Origin: an uncultured Candidatus Saccharibacteria bacterium
GTDB lineage: Bacteria; Patescibacteriota; Minisyncoccia; 2-02-FULL-40-12; GWA2-44-9
DNA: 64,000 nt
Assembly (NCBI GenBank): GCA_964513645.1
Contig: CAZENF010000002.1
Coordinates: 73,409-137,408, forward strand
Reading direction: 5' to 3'
Position numbers and translations under genes: made by a program. Positions 18,663 through 28,456 of this stretch are shown here, piece after piece. The stretch's first letter is position 1. Each line of letters starts with the position of its first letter. The notes beneath the pieces are model-generated. The model was not told the DNA's origin. It saw only the letters and a list, made by a program, of their open reading frames with translations, and searched no databases.

Positions 18663-20411
18663 TTATTCATTAACAACGCGTAAGATCTCCTCGAGGGTCG
18701 TATAGCCGGCTAAAGCTTTTTTGAAACCGTCCTCAAGAAGAGGTATCATTCCGTTCTTAACCGCGATCTTTTTTATCTCACCGGCATCAGCCCGCCTCAT
18801 TATCGCTTCCCTGATAAAATCATTGACCTCGAGTATTTCGTAAATTCCCATCCGACTGAAATAGCCGGTATCTCCGCACTCCTGACAACCTTTGCCGTAA
18901 TAAAAATCGCGGTGATTATCTATCAGATCCGACGGGAGAATACTTTTTAAGTTCTCAAGCTCTGCATCGGTAAGTTTTTTCTTGGTCTTACAATGGGGAC
19001 AGATCATCCTGACCAGACGCTGACCAATGGCAATATTTATCGTTGAGGCCACCAGGAACGGCTCGATCCCCATATCGAGCAGTCTGGGCAAGGTAGTTGC
19101 AGAATCATTGGTGTGAATGGTTGAAAGAAGTTTGTGTCCGGTCAAAGCGGCATTAACCGCTATTGAGGCGGTCTCCTGGTCACGTATCTCTCCGACCATG
19201 ATAACGTTCGGGTCCTGCCTAAGTATCGAACGTAGTCCAGCCGCAAAAGTAAGTCCGGTTCTGGTATTGACCTGGATTTGGTCAACACCTTCGAGAGAAT
19301 ATTCTATCGGATCTTCCACTGTGATAACCGATACCTCACGGGTATTAACTTCCTTAAGTATCGTGTAAAGCGTAGTCGTTTTACCGGAACCGGTCGGACC
19401 GGTAGCCAAGATCATTCCGTGTGGACGCTGGGTAGATTTTCTGATTTTCAGTTTATCTTCCCCCGTCAAAGCCAGGTCATCGAGTTTTGATATCTGGGTC
19501 TGCTCAGCCAAAAGACGAAGAACAGAATTTTCTCCGTAATAAGTCGGAATTATCGAGACCCGGACATCAAATTGGCTTGGCGGATTTGCGATTGCGATCT
19601 TAAAACGTCCGTCCTGGGCCGCTTGGTGTTCATCCGTTCTCATTCCGCCCAGAACTTTTATCCTGGTTATAATACCCGAGTGTATCTCTTTGGGAAAACT
19701 GAAAACATCGTGAAGAATCCCGTCTATTCTCAAGCGTGCAATTAGATGTTCTTCAAAAGGTTCGAGGTGTATGTCTGAAGCACGAGCCATGAAAGAATAT
19801 TCCATCATACTGTCAACCAAAGCAATTATAGAAACTTCGGCCGGCGGAGCGGTGAGCATTTTATCTATTTTGGCTTTTATCCGCTTAGGCGCTTCGAGCG
19901 GAATTACAGTTTTAGGCGAAGTTGAAGCTGGTTTACGGGCAGTAATGTCCACTGGGACAGATTCTTTTTTAACGATCGGTATTTTTTCTAAAGGTATTTC
20001 CCGGTTTTTACTCTTTAGGATTTCCTCTATCTTGGTCACTATCTCGTCGGTATTGGTCAGGGCTTTAACAAGATAAAAATTCGCTCCGACCTTCAGACTC
20101 TTTTCCATCGCTTCGGGCTGGTCGAGGTTGAAAAGGATCATTATCGGCAAAGCGACCTTGTCATAATTTTTTCTTAATTTTTCAATAAGCTCAAAACCAT
20201 CAACCTCACCGGCCAAGGGCAGGTCAAGAAGTATCAACAGAGGGTGTTCTTTGGCAATTTTTTCCGAAACCTCCTTGCCGTCATATAAAGTTACGGCTTC
20301 ATATCCGACATTGGATATCTTCTCGGCCAAAAGTTCAGCCATGAAGATGTTATCTTCGACTATTAGTATTTTGCCAAGATTTATTGCGGTTTTAATTTTT
20401 GAAACAGCCAT
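18663..20411 (-). CDS. pilB: PilB/GspE assembly ATPase with N-terminal receiver domain
   Basis: REC domain (ILIVED...LLDL...YLVK) fused to ASDIHLEP, Walker A GPTGSGKT, LRQDPNVIMVGEIRD and CxxC...CxxC. Confidence 0.93.
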   Translation of the reverse strand: MAVSKIKTAINLGKILIVEDNIFMAELLAEKISNVGYEAVTLYDGKEVSEKIAKEHPLLILLDLPLAGEVDGFELIEKLRKNYDKVALPIMILFNLDQPEAMEKSLKVGANFYLVKALTNTDEIVTKIEEILKSKNREIPLEKIPIVKKESVPVDITARKPASTSPKTVIPLEAPKRIKAKIDKMLTAPPAEVSIIALVDSMMEYSFMARASDIHLEPFEEHLIARLRIDGILHDVFSFPKEIHSGIITRIKVLGGMRTDEHQAAQDGRFKIAIANPPSQFDVRVSIIPTYYGENSVLRLLAEQTQISKLDDLALTGEDKLKIRKSTQRPHGMILATGPTGSGKTTTLYTILKEVNTREVSVITVEDPIEYSLEGVDQIQVNTRTGLTFAAGLRSILRQDPNVIMVGEIRDQETASIAVNAALTGHKLLSTIHTNDSATTLPRLLDMGIEPFLVASTINIAIGQRLVRMICPHCKTKKKLTDAELENLKSILPSDLIDNHRDFYYGKGCQECGDTGYFSRMGIYEILEVNDFIREAIMRRADAGEIKKIAVKNGMIPLLEDGFKKALAGYTTLEEILRVVNE

Positions 20412-20419
20412 TTTTAATT

Positions 20420-20827
20420 TTAATTAGAGACGGGTTGAAGTTCTTTTTTTACCCTCTCGATAACTTTGTCGAGGTCTTCTGTTTTTCTAAGATGGCCGAG
20501 CGCTCCGATGTCTTTGGCGAATTTTTCATCCAGAGGTTGGTCGGCCGTATTGGCCTCGCCGTAATTCGTTAAAAAAAGAACCTTGAGTCCTGCCGTTTCC
20601 GGGTCAGATTTTATCTTGGACAAAGTCTCAATGCCGTTCATCACCGGCATTTGAACATCGAGAAGGATCATGTCCGGTTTTATCGCTTTTGCCTTTTCAA
20701 ATGCAACCTGACCGTTTTCGGCTTCCTCAACCGCAAAACCGGCTACTTCGAGCTTTGTTCTCAAGAGCAAACGCATATCACCGTCGTCGTCAACTTCCAA
20801 AACAATAAATTTACCATTCTTAGGCAT
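20420..20827 (-). CDS. Single-domain response regulator (CheY-like)
   Basis: EVDDD, ILLDVQMPVMNG, FLTN and K. Start 20827 is preferred because it follows TGGTATATT. Confidence 0.9.
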   Translation of the reverse strand: MPKNGKFIVLEVDDDGDMRLLLRTKLEVAGFAVEEAENGQVAFEKAKAIKPDMILLDVQMPVMNGIETLSKIKSDPETAGLKVLFLTNYGEANTADQPLDEKFAKDIGALGHLRKTEDLDKVIERVKKELQPVSN

Positions 20828-20929
20828 ATAGTAATAATATACCATATTTACTCTCATTAATCGTCCACTTATCAAGACGTGTGCCAGATCGAGATTTACA
20901 CATTTTTTATATCGCAGTATAATTAAGTT

Positions 20930-21430
20930 GTGAGCGCATCTTCACCTAAACAAGTACTTCTCCGGGATATTATGACCAAAAAGGTATTTTCGATTTCGCC
21001 GGACGCTTCAATTCTCGAAGCGGCAAAAATAATAAGCGAGCATAACTTTGACGGTCTGCCGGTAACAGACAAAGAGAATCATCTGGTCGGAATAATCACA
21101 GAATATGACCTTATCCTGCGGACTTCGACCGTAAATTCTTCATTTCTACAAAAAGTACTGAATGAGGTAAGGACCAAAAAACAGGACGAAGAAGATCAAA
21201 ACGCTACAGAACAACTGTCTTCCCTGAAAGTATCGGACATCATGAACAAAGAACCGCTGGCTCTCCGAGAGGATATGAATTTTGAAGAAGCGGTAGCCGC
21301 TTTCATTACCCATCACAAAGTAAATCCGATACCCGTTGTCGACAAAGACAACAAGGTCGTCGGCATAATCAGCAGATATGATGCGCTGCGTCCGCTTAAT
21401 CTGCTTGGTTATACTTCACACAAAAAATAA
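20930..21430 (+). CDS. CBS-pair protein
   Basis: Two CBS motifs: DIMT..V...GLPV.D...LVGIITEYDL and DIMN...IPVVD...VGIISRYD. Confidence 0.92.
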   Translation: MSASSPKQVLLRDIMTKKVFSISPDASILEAAKIISEHNFDGLPVTDKENHLVGIITEYDLILRTSTVNSSFLQKVLNEVRTKKQDEEDQNATEQLSSLKVSDIMNKEPLALREDMNFEEAVAAFITHHKVNPIPVVDKDNKVVGIISRYDALRPLNLLGYTSHKK

Positions 21431-21928
21431 ATGACGGACCAAAAAGAAACATCCAAAATAAGAGCCAGTGATATTATGACCCGAGAGGTCGTCTACGTTC
21501 ATCCGGACGTCCCGATATTGGAAGTGGCCAAAGTCCTGGCTGAACATAATTTTGACGGTGTTCCGGTGGTGGATAACGACAACAAACTCATCGGCATAGT
21601 TACTGAATACGACCTGATAAATAAAACTTCGGCCGTGCACCTGCCGACTCTTCAGATAGTTCTCAAGAATCTTCCCCAATTCAAAAAAGAAGGCGACCAA
21701 TTCCAACAGGAGATCCTGTCACTGAAAGTCTCCGACATTATGAATAAAGAACCGTTGGCCATTCCCCCGGAGATGGCTTATGATGAAGTAATAAACATCT
21801 TCAAGGACCACCATCGTGTTAACCCGATACCCGTCGTAGACAAAGACAACAAGGTCCTCGGCGTTATCAGCCGCTTCGACGTTCTGCGACCTTTCCATGT
21901 ACTCCAAGGAGTTCTGAAATATTTTTAA
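21431..21928 (+). CDS. CBS-pair protein (tandem paralogue)
   Basis: Same motifs; shares LKVSDIMNKEPLA and VNPIPVVDKDNKV with its neighbour. Confidence 0.92.
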   Translation: MTDQKETSKIRASDIMTREVVYVHPDVPILEVAKVLAEHNFDGVPVVDNDNKLIGIVTEYDLINKTSAVHLPTLQIVLKNLPQFKKEGDQFQQEILSLKVSDIMNKEPLAIPPEMAYDEVINIFKDHHRVNPIPVVDKDNKVLGVISRFDVLRPFHVLQGVLKYF

Positions 21929-21954
21929 AAACCTCCGCTCAAGTGGAGGTTTTT
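21927..21954. terminator. Bidirectional terminator
   Basis: AAAAACCTCC-GCTCAAGT-GGAGGTTTTT between convergent genes. Confidence 0.7.
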
Positions 21955-23539
21955 ATGTCAGAGGTATTTTAACCATAAATTTACTGCCCTTGCCACGCCC
22001 TTCCGATTCCACCCACATCTCGCCATGATGGCCGGTGACAATGGCATGGGCAATGAACAAACCAAGTCCGGTACCTTCTATCTGCTTGGTTGAGGAATCT
22101 CTTTTAAACTCTTCGAAAAGATGAGGCAAGAGCTCTTTGGATATGCCGTGGCCTGAATCAGAAACTGAAAACAAAAACTTGCCGTCAGAGAATTCCGTTC
22201 TGACCTTAACAAAACCTTGGTCCGTGTATTTGATCGAGTTTTCTATTAAATTCTGGAAAACCTGCCTTATCTTCTGGGCATCGGCATTTACCCATCCCCC
22301 GCCCGGCTGAACCTCGAGAGTGAATTCAAGTTTTTTATTTTGAGCCAACGGCTTAAGCTCTTCAAAAAGACTGCGGATGATCTCAACAACGTCTATCTTC
22401 TCCATTTGGTACTCCATTTTACCCTCCTCTATCTTTCTGATACTTAAAAAATCACTGACCAGCTGGACCATGCGGTCGGCAGAATCTTTTATCTTGTGGG
22501 CGCCTTCTTTAGCTTTTTCGGGAACATCGCCATAGGTTCCATCATAAATAAATGTTGAAAAACCTTTTATCGCAGCCAATGGGGCTTTTATCTGATGCGA
22601 AGCAAATGACAGGAACTCGGATTTTAAATGGTCGAGTTCTTTTAATTTTTCGTTAGCTTCACCTAATTCTTTTGTCAGAACTTCGAGCTTCTCCCTCTGT
22701 TCAACTTCTTTCAAAACACTCCGGATAAGAAAAACTCCGAACATAAATAAAAGACAGAATAGGGTTATTCTCAAGATAAGTTCAAGGGCGCTCCTGGCCG
22801 TAAAGACTTCGAAAAGGGATATCGAAAGAATTGCGAAAGTGACCATTTCCGTCGTAACCGCTTTCACATTCAGGAGATGGTGTTTCATTATCGCATAGCC
22901 CATTCCGATAATAGCCGGGAGAATGAATATCGGACCCAAATCAACAAAGAAAGTATTGTTGAACAGCACTACCAGCAGATAATTTGTGGTTACGAGTAGA
23001 ATAAATGTCGAAAACACACCTAAGACCATCGCACGCCATTGTTTTCTTTCGAGGTCTTTGGCGGCCAGATATTTTTTTATCATCATAAATATGCTCGCGA
23101 TAAGATAGCTCAAGACAACCAGCCCGAAAAGTGGCATCAATGGTCCGGGTATCGGCACAACCGAAGTTTTTCCAAGCTGGTAACCGCTGAAAACAAAAGG
23201 TGAGATTGTCGTTAACATCACCAAAAAAGTGCCGATCAGAACCAAAGAAAGATAAACCCGAGATATCCTTAACTTAACTTCCGGAAAGTTATAAATGAAC
23301 AGAAAGAAACTTGCCATCAGGGGAACGGCAAAGAAAAGGACCATCCTTATCCAGAACAGGACATTCACCGGTTCCGAGGTCAAAGAAAAATAATTTGCCA
23401 GAGACCAGAAAACAGCCGATAAGCTCATCAGAAAGAAGAACAGGTTGGTCATACTCTTTCGGTCATGAAAATAAACAATTATTCCCATAAAAAATATCCC
23501 GAAAGACCCGATCATTGTATATGCTAACTCCTGTGCCAT
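21953..23539 (-). CDS. Sensor histidine kinase with multi-TM (HisKA_7TM-like) input domain
   Basis: About 8-9 hydrophobic helices, H-box FASHQIKAPL, N-box NLIENSIKYT, and G boxes DSGHG and GTGLGL. Confidence 0.93.
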   Translation of the reverse strand: MAQELAYTMIGSFGIFFMGIIVYFHDRKSMTNLFFFLMSLSAVFWSLANYFSLTSEPVNVLFWIRMVLFFAVPLMASFFLFIYNFPEVKLRISRVYLSLVLIGTFLVMLTTISPFVFSGYQLGKTSVVPIPGPLMPLFGLVVLSYLIASIFMMIKKYLAAKDLERKQWRAMVLGVFSTFILLVTTNYLLVVLFNNTFFVDLGPIFILPAIIGMGYAIMKHHLLNVKAVTTEMVTFAILSISLFEVFTARSALELILRITLFCLLFMFGVFLIRSVLKEVEQREKLEVLTKELGEANEKLKELDHLKSEFLSFASHQIKAPLAAIKGFSTFIYDGTYGDVPEKAKEGAHKIKDSADRMVQLVSDFLSIRKIEEGKMEYQMEKIDVVEIIRSLFEELKPLAQNKKLEFTLEVQPGGGWVNADAQKIRQVFQNLIENSIKYTDQGFVKVRTEFSDGKFLFSVSDSGHGISKELLPHLFEEFKRDSSTKQIEGTGLGLFIAHAIVTGHHGEMWVESEGRGKGSKFMVKIPLT

Positions 23540-25011
23540 TTTTGTTTTATCCCCGGAACAAAGAAATCTTTGTCTCCATACTCACGGAGGATTATTTTCG
23601 GTTCGATCAAAGAACCCATGGTTTTTGAGAGTTCATTGTACTCGGTGTTTTTTTGTTTAAGCGCTCTGACAACCGAACTTCTTACACTCCCCTCGAGTTT
23701 TGGTCCCGATTTTGCACCTTTTTTAAGTTCGATGTTTATCTCGAGATACTGATTAAGTTTTTCGTCGTTCATGGTCATCATCGTAAACTTTCCGCTGACG
23801 TGCCGGGAAACTTCATCCGCACTCAAACCATCCCGGATATTTTCAGGATAAATATTCATCCCGTATAAACTGGCAGTAAAATCATCCCGGCCAAAAACAT
23901 AAACGAACGGCAGCTGCCAGGTGTTTATTTTTTTCTTCTCGGCCTCTTTTTCCATATCAAATCCGCTTTCAGCTAATATGCTTTTCATTTCGGAGTATCC
24001 AACGACATCACCAGTATCACCGAGGTCGTACCGAACCAGCGGAATACCGCTTGAAGTTGAAAAAATAAGTTTCCCATCTTCGGCTTCGGTATATTTAAAA
24101 GCCGGATTATACTGCGCCAGGGTCGGCACCCGGCCGTCTTTTGAAAATATTTTTTTATAAAGTTCGGGTTTTTCATAAGTAACCGTCCGTCTTACCAGAT
24201 TAGACAGAGGCGTTTCGTGGGCCATGATAACCGCGTCGGCGGTCCCGTATATATTAAGCGAGCCTTTATACAGGTCTCCTGTACCGGCTTTTTTATATAA
24301 ATAATCCCGCCATTTTTCGCTGAAAGATTCCGCCGCAAAAAGAAACTTGATGTTATATTTCTTCCAGTTTATTCCGTTATCTTTGCCCTGGTCTATCATA
24401 TCTTTGACGAACGGCGGATAACCGGCAATGATTATCCGGTCATAGTGGTGGCCGATAGCTTTCACCACTTTGAACACTTCCGGAATATTTATCCCAGGAG
24501 TGACCACGGTCATTTTGTGATTTTCCGCGATCGCCTGAGTCGCTCGATATATCAAAGTTCCGCCTATCCAAACCCCCATCGCAAAAGAAACTATAAAAAG
24601 CGTTGAACCTCTGCCGACCCCGAACGCATCCTGATAAAAAGCATTCAGGGTCAGAACGGCTTCTTTTTCCTGTTCGTGACCGCGCAGCCAATAGAAAGGT
24701 TCCCCGGTCGAACCGGAGCTGACCGAGATCATATCCATTAGACCGGGCTCGCCATCCCAACATAATTCCGGGAACGGATATTTGCGCAGATAATTTTTTT
24801 TGTTGACTGTCGGTACTTTTTTGAGGTCGGCGGCAGTTTTGATCAAGCTATGCAAGATACCGTGATCCTTCAGGAATTTTTTATAAGCCGGGACTCTCGT
24901 AGCAGTTGAGTGAAATAACTTAAGAGCTTTTTTCTCGCCTTCGGCCAACCAAAAATCTTCTTTCTTGGTTTCAAGATATTTTTTATATTTTTCTGAATCT
25001 TCTTTAAACAT
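23524..25011 (-). CDS. Phenylacetate-CoA ligase (PaaK)-like adenylate-forming enzyme
   Basis: SSGSTGEP, YGTAD, RYDLGD and FGRDD ANL motifs. Confidence 0.88.
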   Translation of the reverse strand: MFKEDSEKYKKYLETKKEDFWLAEGEKKALKLFHSTATRVPAYKKFLKDHGILHSLIKTAADLKKVPTVNKKNYLRKYPFPELCWDGEPGLMDMISVSSGSTGEPFYWLRGHEQEKEAVLTLNAFYQDAFGVGRGSTLFIVSFAMGVWIGGTLIYRATQAIAENHKMTVVTPGINIPEVFKVVKAIGHHYDRIIIAGYPPFVKDMIDQGKDNGINWKKYNIKFLFAAESFSEKWRDYLYKKAGTGDLYKGSLNIYGTADAVIMAHETPLSNLVRRTVTYEKPELYKKIFSKDGRVPTLAQYNPAFKYTEAEDGKLIFSTSSGIPLVRYDLGDTGDVVGYSEMKSILAESGFDMEKEAEKKKINTWQLPFVYVFGRDDFTASLYGMNIYPENIRDGLSADEVSRHVSGKFTMMTMNDEKLNQYLEINIELKKGAKSGPKLEGSVRSSVVRALKQKNTEYNELSKTMGSLIEPKIILREYGDKDFFVPGIKQKWHRS

Positions 25012-26029
25012 ACACTTTCTCCATATTCAGATCGTAACGTCCGGACTTCATTTCTTTTCCTGAAATTATCCGCCTGACCACATAACTTAGCGCCGCTCCC
25101 CTCAAAAAAGACGACTCGGCAAGCTGGGGAATACCGGCAAGTTTTGAACCAACCAAGTGGAAAGATCTGACCAGGTCGGGATGAAGGTATTTTTTATCCA
25201 TAAAATCCATCATTAGTTTTATCTTTTTCTCAAAAGGCAGCGGCCCGGACTTTATATCTTCCGTCACTTTTTTACTTAAATGGCCGTTCAAAAAAGGAAG
25301 GTCGGGCTTAAGGTCAAATCTCTCTACATCAATTATAACATTGGGCCCGTTGCCGGTAACCATGACCACCGGGATTCGGTTCTCGCGGGCTATTTCCCTC
25401 AATTTCAACTTGAGGAGTAAATTATCCGTTTCCTCAACCAAAACGTCTATTTTAGGTTTAAGCAAAAAGGTTTTAATATTCTCATCACTAATACCTTGAT
25501 CAAAAACTTCGAGCTTGGCAAAAGGATTTATCTCATAGATTTGTCTCGAGGTCAGAACAGCCTTGTTTAGACCTAAATCAGGCAGACCGGCTCTGAAACG
25601 GTTAAGATTTGAAACTGAAAGCACATCATTGTCGGCCAATTTCATGCCAGCTTCAGATTCAAGCGCCAGGCAAACCGCTCCCGGATTGCCGACATTCAGT
25701 CCGGCGACGCCTATCCGCGCTTTGGATAGTTTAGCTTCCTCGTCGTCAGATATAAGATATTTGTTTCTCGAGGATCGTAAAAGTTTAAAATCTTTTTCGT
25801 TGAGACAATTAACCAACGCATGTCTCCACGGATAATGAACCCAGACTGATTCTGCTGAAAATTTATCCTTGGGGTCTGCTGTTTTCAAAAGTCCAGGATT
25901 TTTGACGAACTTAAGTTCTTTGAGCTGCTCCTCAAGTTCATCGATAATTTCAGGTCGGCCGTTCTTTATCTTCTGAAATTCTTTTTTATCGGCCGCTTTT
26001 TTAAGATCGAAAATTCGGGGTTGGGTCAT
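25004..26029 (-). CDS. ThiF-family adenylyltransferase, Rv1355c/OxzB-like
   Basis: WVHYPWR, RSSRN, IGVAGLNVG, ADND.LSVSNLNR, VEETD and PQLA. Confidence 0.85.
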   Translation of the reverse strand: MTQPRIFDLKKAADKKEFQKIKNGRPEIIDELEEQLKELKFVKNPGLLKTADPKDKFSAESVWVHYPWRHALVNCLNEKDFKLLRSSRNKYLISDDEEAKLSKARIGVAGLNVGNPGAVCLALESEAGMKLADNDVLSVSNLNRFRAGLPDLGLNKAVLTSRQIYEINPFAKLEVFDQGISDENIKTFLLKPKIDVLVEETDNLLLKLKLREIARENRIPVVMVTGNGPNVIIDVERFDLKPDLPFLNGHLSKKVTEDIKSGPLPFEKKIKLMMDFMDKKYLHPDLVRSFHLVGSKLAGIPQLAESSFLRGAALSYVVRRIISGKEMKSGRYDLNMEKVYV

Positions 26030-27030
26030 ATTAATTTTTCTTCGATGCTGTGGCGTGGACTGTGCTTAGGTTTGTAATTCATATATCCGGCGCAGAACAG
26101 AAACTGGGGAGTTAAACTTATCTCCGCAATCTCCTGGACCTTCTTATACAAATCCCCCATTTCAATTGAAGCGACAAAGATAGAAGTTTTGATATCTTCC
26201 GAATTAAGCTGAAGCATATATCTCTGGGCAAGTCGTCCGACCTCAAGCCAAATCTCCGGATTTGACTCTTCAGAACTTAAAAGACAAATGAAAGGCGTTG
26301 AGGCCATGCTTTTGTAATTAAGTTTGGCCAAGAACGGTCCAATATCAAAAAATTTAACCATCGTCGGTATTAGGAACGAAAGAAGAAATGGCATTCTCAA
26401 AGAGTAGCCAGGCAGGCCGGTTTTTTTGGCAGATAAACTATTGTTCATCCAACCCGACATTTCTTTTCTAAAAGAAGGTTTCTTATAAGCAAGTTTGAGG
26501 CCTTCGGCGGTTAAGACGGCAAGGTTATTTATCTTTTCTTTATTTGTTATGAAGTCCGTCCGGATACGCCCGTCCTTCTTTAAAGACATCATCTCCGCCT
26601 GTATTTTCCCGGGCAAGGGCTTTTGTTCGAATAATCCCCTGGCATTTACCCTCTTGGGTATTGTATCGACAAGGTATTCAAGGTCCGTGTTGGCGGAACC
26701 ATTATTTTGAAAATCGAGCTGGGCAACCAAGTCATTCGAGAGAATAATTTTTTCACTTTTATATATCCCGAAATAGTTCGCGGCAATTATTAAATTTTCG
26801 ACAAGACAACCCATGCTGATATACAGGTCGCGACCCAACGGGTCGGCCTGGGGTATCTTAAGTTTGGGATCAAAATATATCTTTAAAGTGTTGTTTTCTA
26901 TTTTGAAAAGCCAGGGCTGACTGTTGTGAGTTGACGGTGCAAGAACGCCATAGTTAAGAATAAATTTAATTTTTTCATTTAAATTGCCGGTTTTAGTAAA
27001 ATCTTCTTTTTTGACATTCCAAGGGTTCAT
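26026..27030 (-). CDS. Acg-family nitroreductase-fold flavoprotein
   Basis: APSTHNSQPW, DPLGRDLYISMG, WLEVGRLAQR and C-terminal SPRH. Confidence 0.85.
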   Translation of the reverse strand: MNPWNVKKEDFTKTGNLNEKIKFILNYGVLAPSTHNSQPWLFKIENNTLKIYFDPKLKIPQADPLGRDLYISMGCLVENLIIAANYFGIYKSEKIILSNDLVAQLDFQNNGSANTDLEYLVDTIPKRVNARGLFEQKPLPGKIQAEMMSLKKDGRIRTDFITNKEKINNLAVLTAEGLKLAYKKPSFRKEMSGWMNNSLSAKKTGLPGYSLRMPFLLSFLIPTMVKFFDIGPFLAKLNYKSMASTPFICLLSSEESNPEIWLEVGRLAQRYMLQLNSEDIKTSIFVASIEMGDLYKKVQEIAEISLTPQFLFCAGYMNYKPKHSPRHSIEEKLI

Positions 27031-27129
27031 AATGGAGCTAATAAACTTATTCAGACACTCCGTATTATATCATTTTTACCAATTAAAAACCGACTATTCA
27101 CAGTCGGTTATAATTGCGGAAAACTTTTA

Positions 27130-28455
27130 TTAACGGGTTATAGTTATCGTAACTGTCAGAAATCCTAAGTTATCCTCTAATTGCGTATCATTTATCGCTA
27201 AGAAGATGTTCCCGGACAAACCATCAGGGACGGTTTCAGAAAACACGCTTCCGATAAAGCCAGGACCATAAATACCTGCTCTTCCCGTTTCGGAACCTGT
27301 TTTGCCTGTTTCAGGGTTAAGATCCTTCCCGTCATCGAGCAAGGCATTACCGGCAAAAGAAGAGCCGATACTGCCTACCAATGCGCCGCCTGAAATGGTC
27401 GGCAACATTGGCTGAATATCGCCGGGCTGGACAACTAAGCTTGTTCCATTGGCGTTCGTTTGGAAGTTGGAAACTCCATAGGAATAAAATCCGCTGGTTG
27501 AAATACTTACTATGTCCCCTGCCTGTACAAATATACCGGTATCGTAAGAACCAAGACCTCCGAGCTGGATCAAACCAGCTCTTGAGTCAAGAGAAAATAC
27601 GGTACTTGGCGGCGGAGATGGAGGAAGCGGAATCGCACCAACGATTTGGGCAATGATTCTTGGACGACTGAACGAGCCGATTAAATATGAATCAGCAAAA
27701 CCATGACAAGAATAGGCAGTTACTCCTGGACTTTGTGGGTCGCCAGAATTTACCGTGCATTTAGAGCCAGAAACATCTGTGTTTGCATCTTGACGGCCTA
27801 GGGCAACCAAAATAATATCGCCATAAAGTGTTACGTGTTTATTACCAGAAATATCATCAGCCTGAAAAGAGTCTGGATTTGATACAGAAACGATTTTGAG
27901 CTTGTTAGTTGAATTGATTCCGAATATCTGATTATAAGCCTCGTTAGCATAGAAATTACCCTGAGAATGAGCAACAACAATAACTTTCCTACCTTGCGCT
28001 ATTTCTTGCTGATATCTTGATACATGCTGACCCAAATCACGACTAATCACGTAATTAACACTATTCCAAGATCTGATTATTGTTTCCAGCTTATTTTCCA
28101 CATATCCGGGCGTTGCAATTAATCTAAATATTGCCTGCCAGAGACTGGTTGTTGAAGAAGAGATAGCCTGAAGATAGCCTTCCAGAAGATCAAGTTTACC
28201 AAGTTCGTCCTGATTATAAGAAATTTGAAAACAAATACCTTCTTTCTCAATCGGAGGAATGAGATAAGGGTCGAGAGCTTGAGATAGCGCTTTTTTAGAA
28301 TCCCTGGCATCTTGTTTTGAATTATCCATTCCATTTCCAAAAAATATTACTGTATTGGTTGTTGATGGACAAATCTCATTATCTTGAGCGTAGAGATTCA
28401 TTCCTAATAATCCCATTGATGAGACTAAGATACCTATCCTGATTTTTATATACAC
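27130..28455 (-). CDS. Secreted alpha/beta-hydrolase-like protein with C-terminal LecA-like beta domain
   Basis: Signal peptide, FFGNG, VAHSQG elbow and H.F..SYL, then a Pro linker and DTGI...SISTSG...GALVG...LAIND...DN.G. Confidence 0.6.
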   Translation of the reverse strand: MYIKIRIGILVSSMGLLGMNLYAQDNEICPSTTNTVIFFGNGMDNSKQDARDSKKALSQALDPYLIPPIEKEGICFQISYNQDELGKLDLLEGYLQAISSSTTSLWQAIFRLIATPGYVENKLETIIRSWNSVNYVISRDLGQHVSRYQQEIAQGRKVIVVAHSQGNFYANEAYNQIFGINSTNKLKIVSVSNPDSFQADDISGNKHVTLYGDIILVALGRQDANTDVSGSKCTVNSGDPQSPGVTAYSCHGFADSYLIGSFSRPRIIAQIVGAIPLPPSPPPSTVFSLDSRAGLIQLGGLGSYDTGIFVQAGDIVSISTSGFYSYGVSNFQTNANGTSLVVQPGDIQPMLPTISGGALVGSIGSSFAGNALLDDGKDLNPETGKTGSETGRAGIYGPGFIGSVFSETVPDGLSGNIFLAINDTQLEDNLGFLTVTITITR

Positions 28456-28456
28456 C

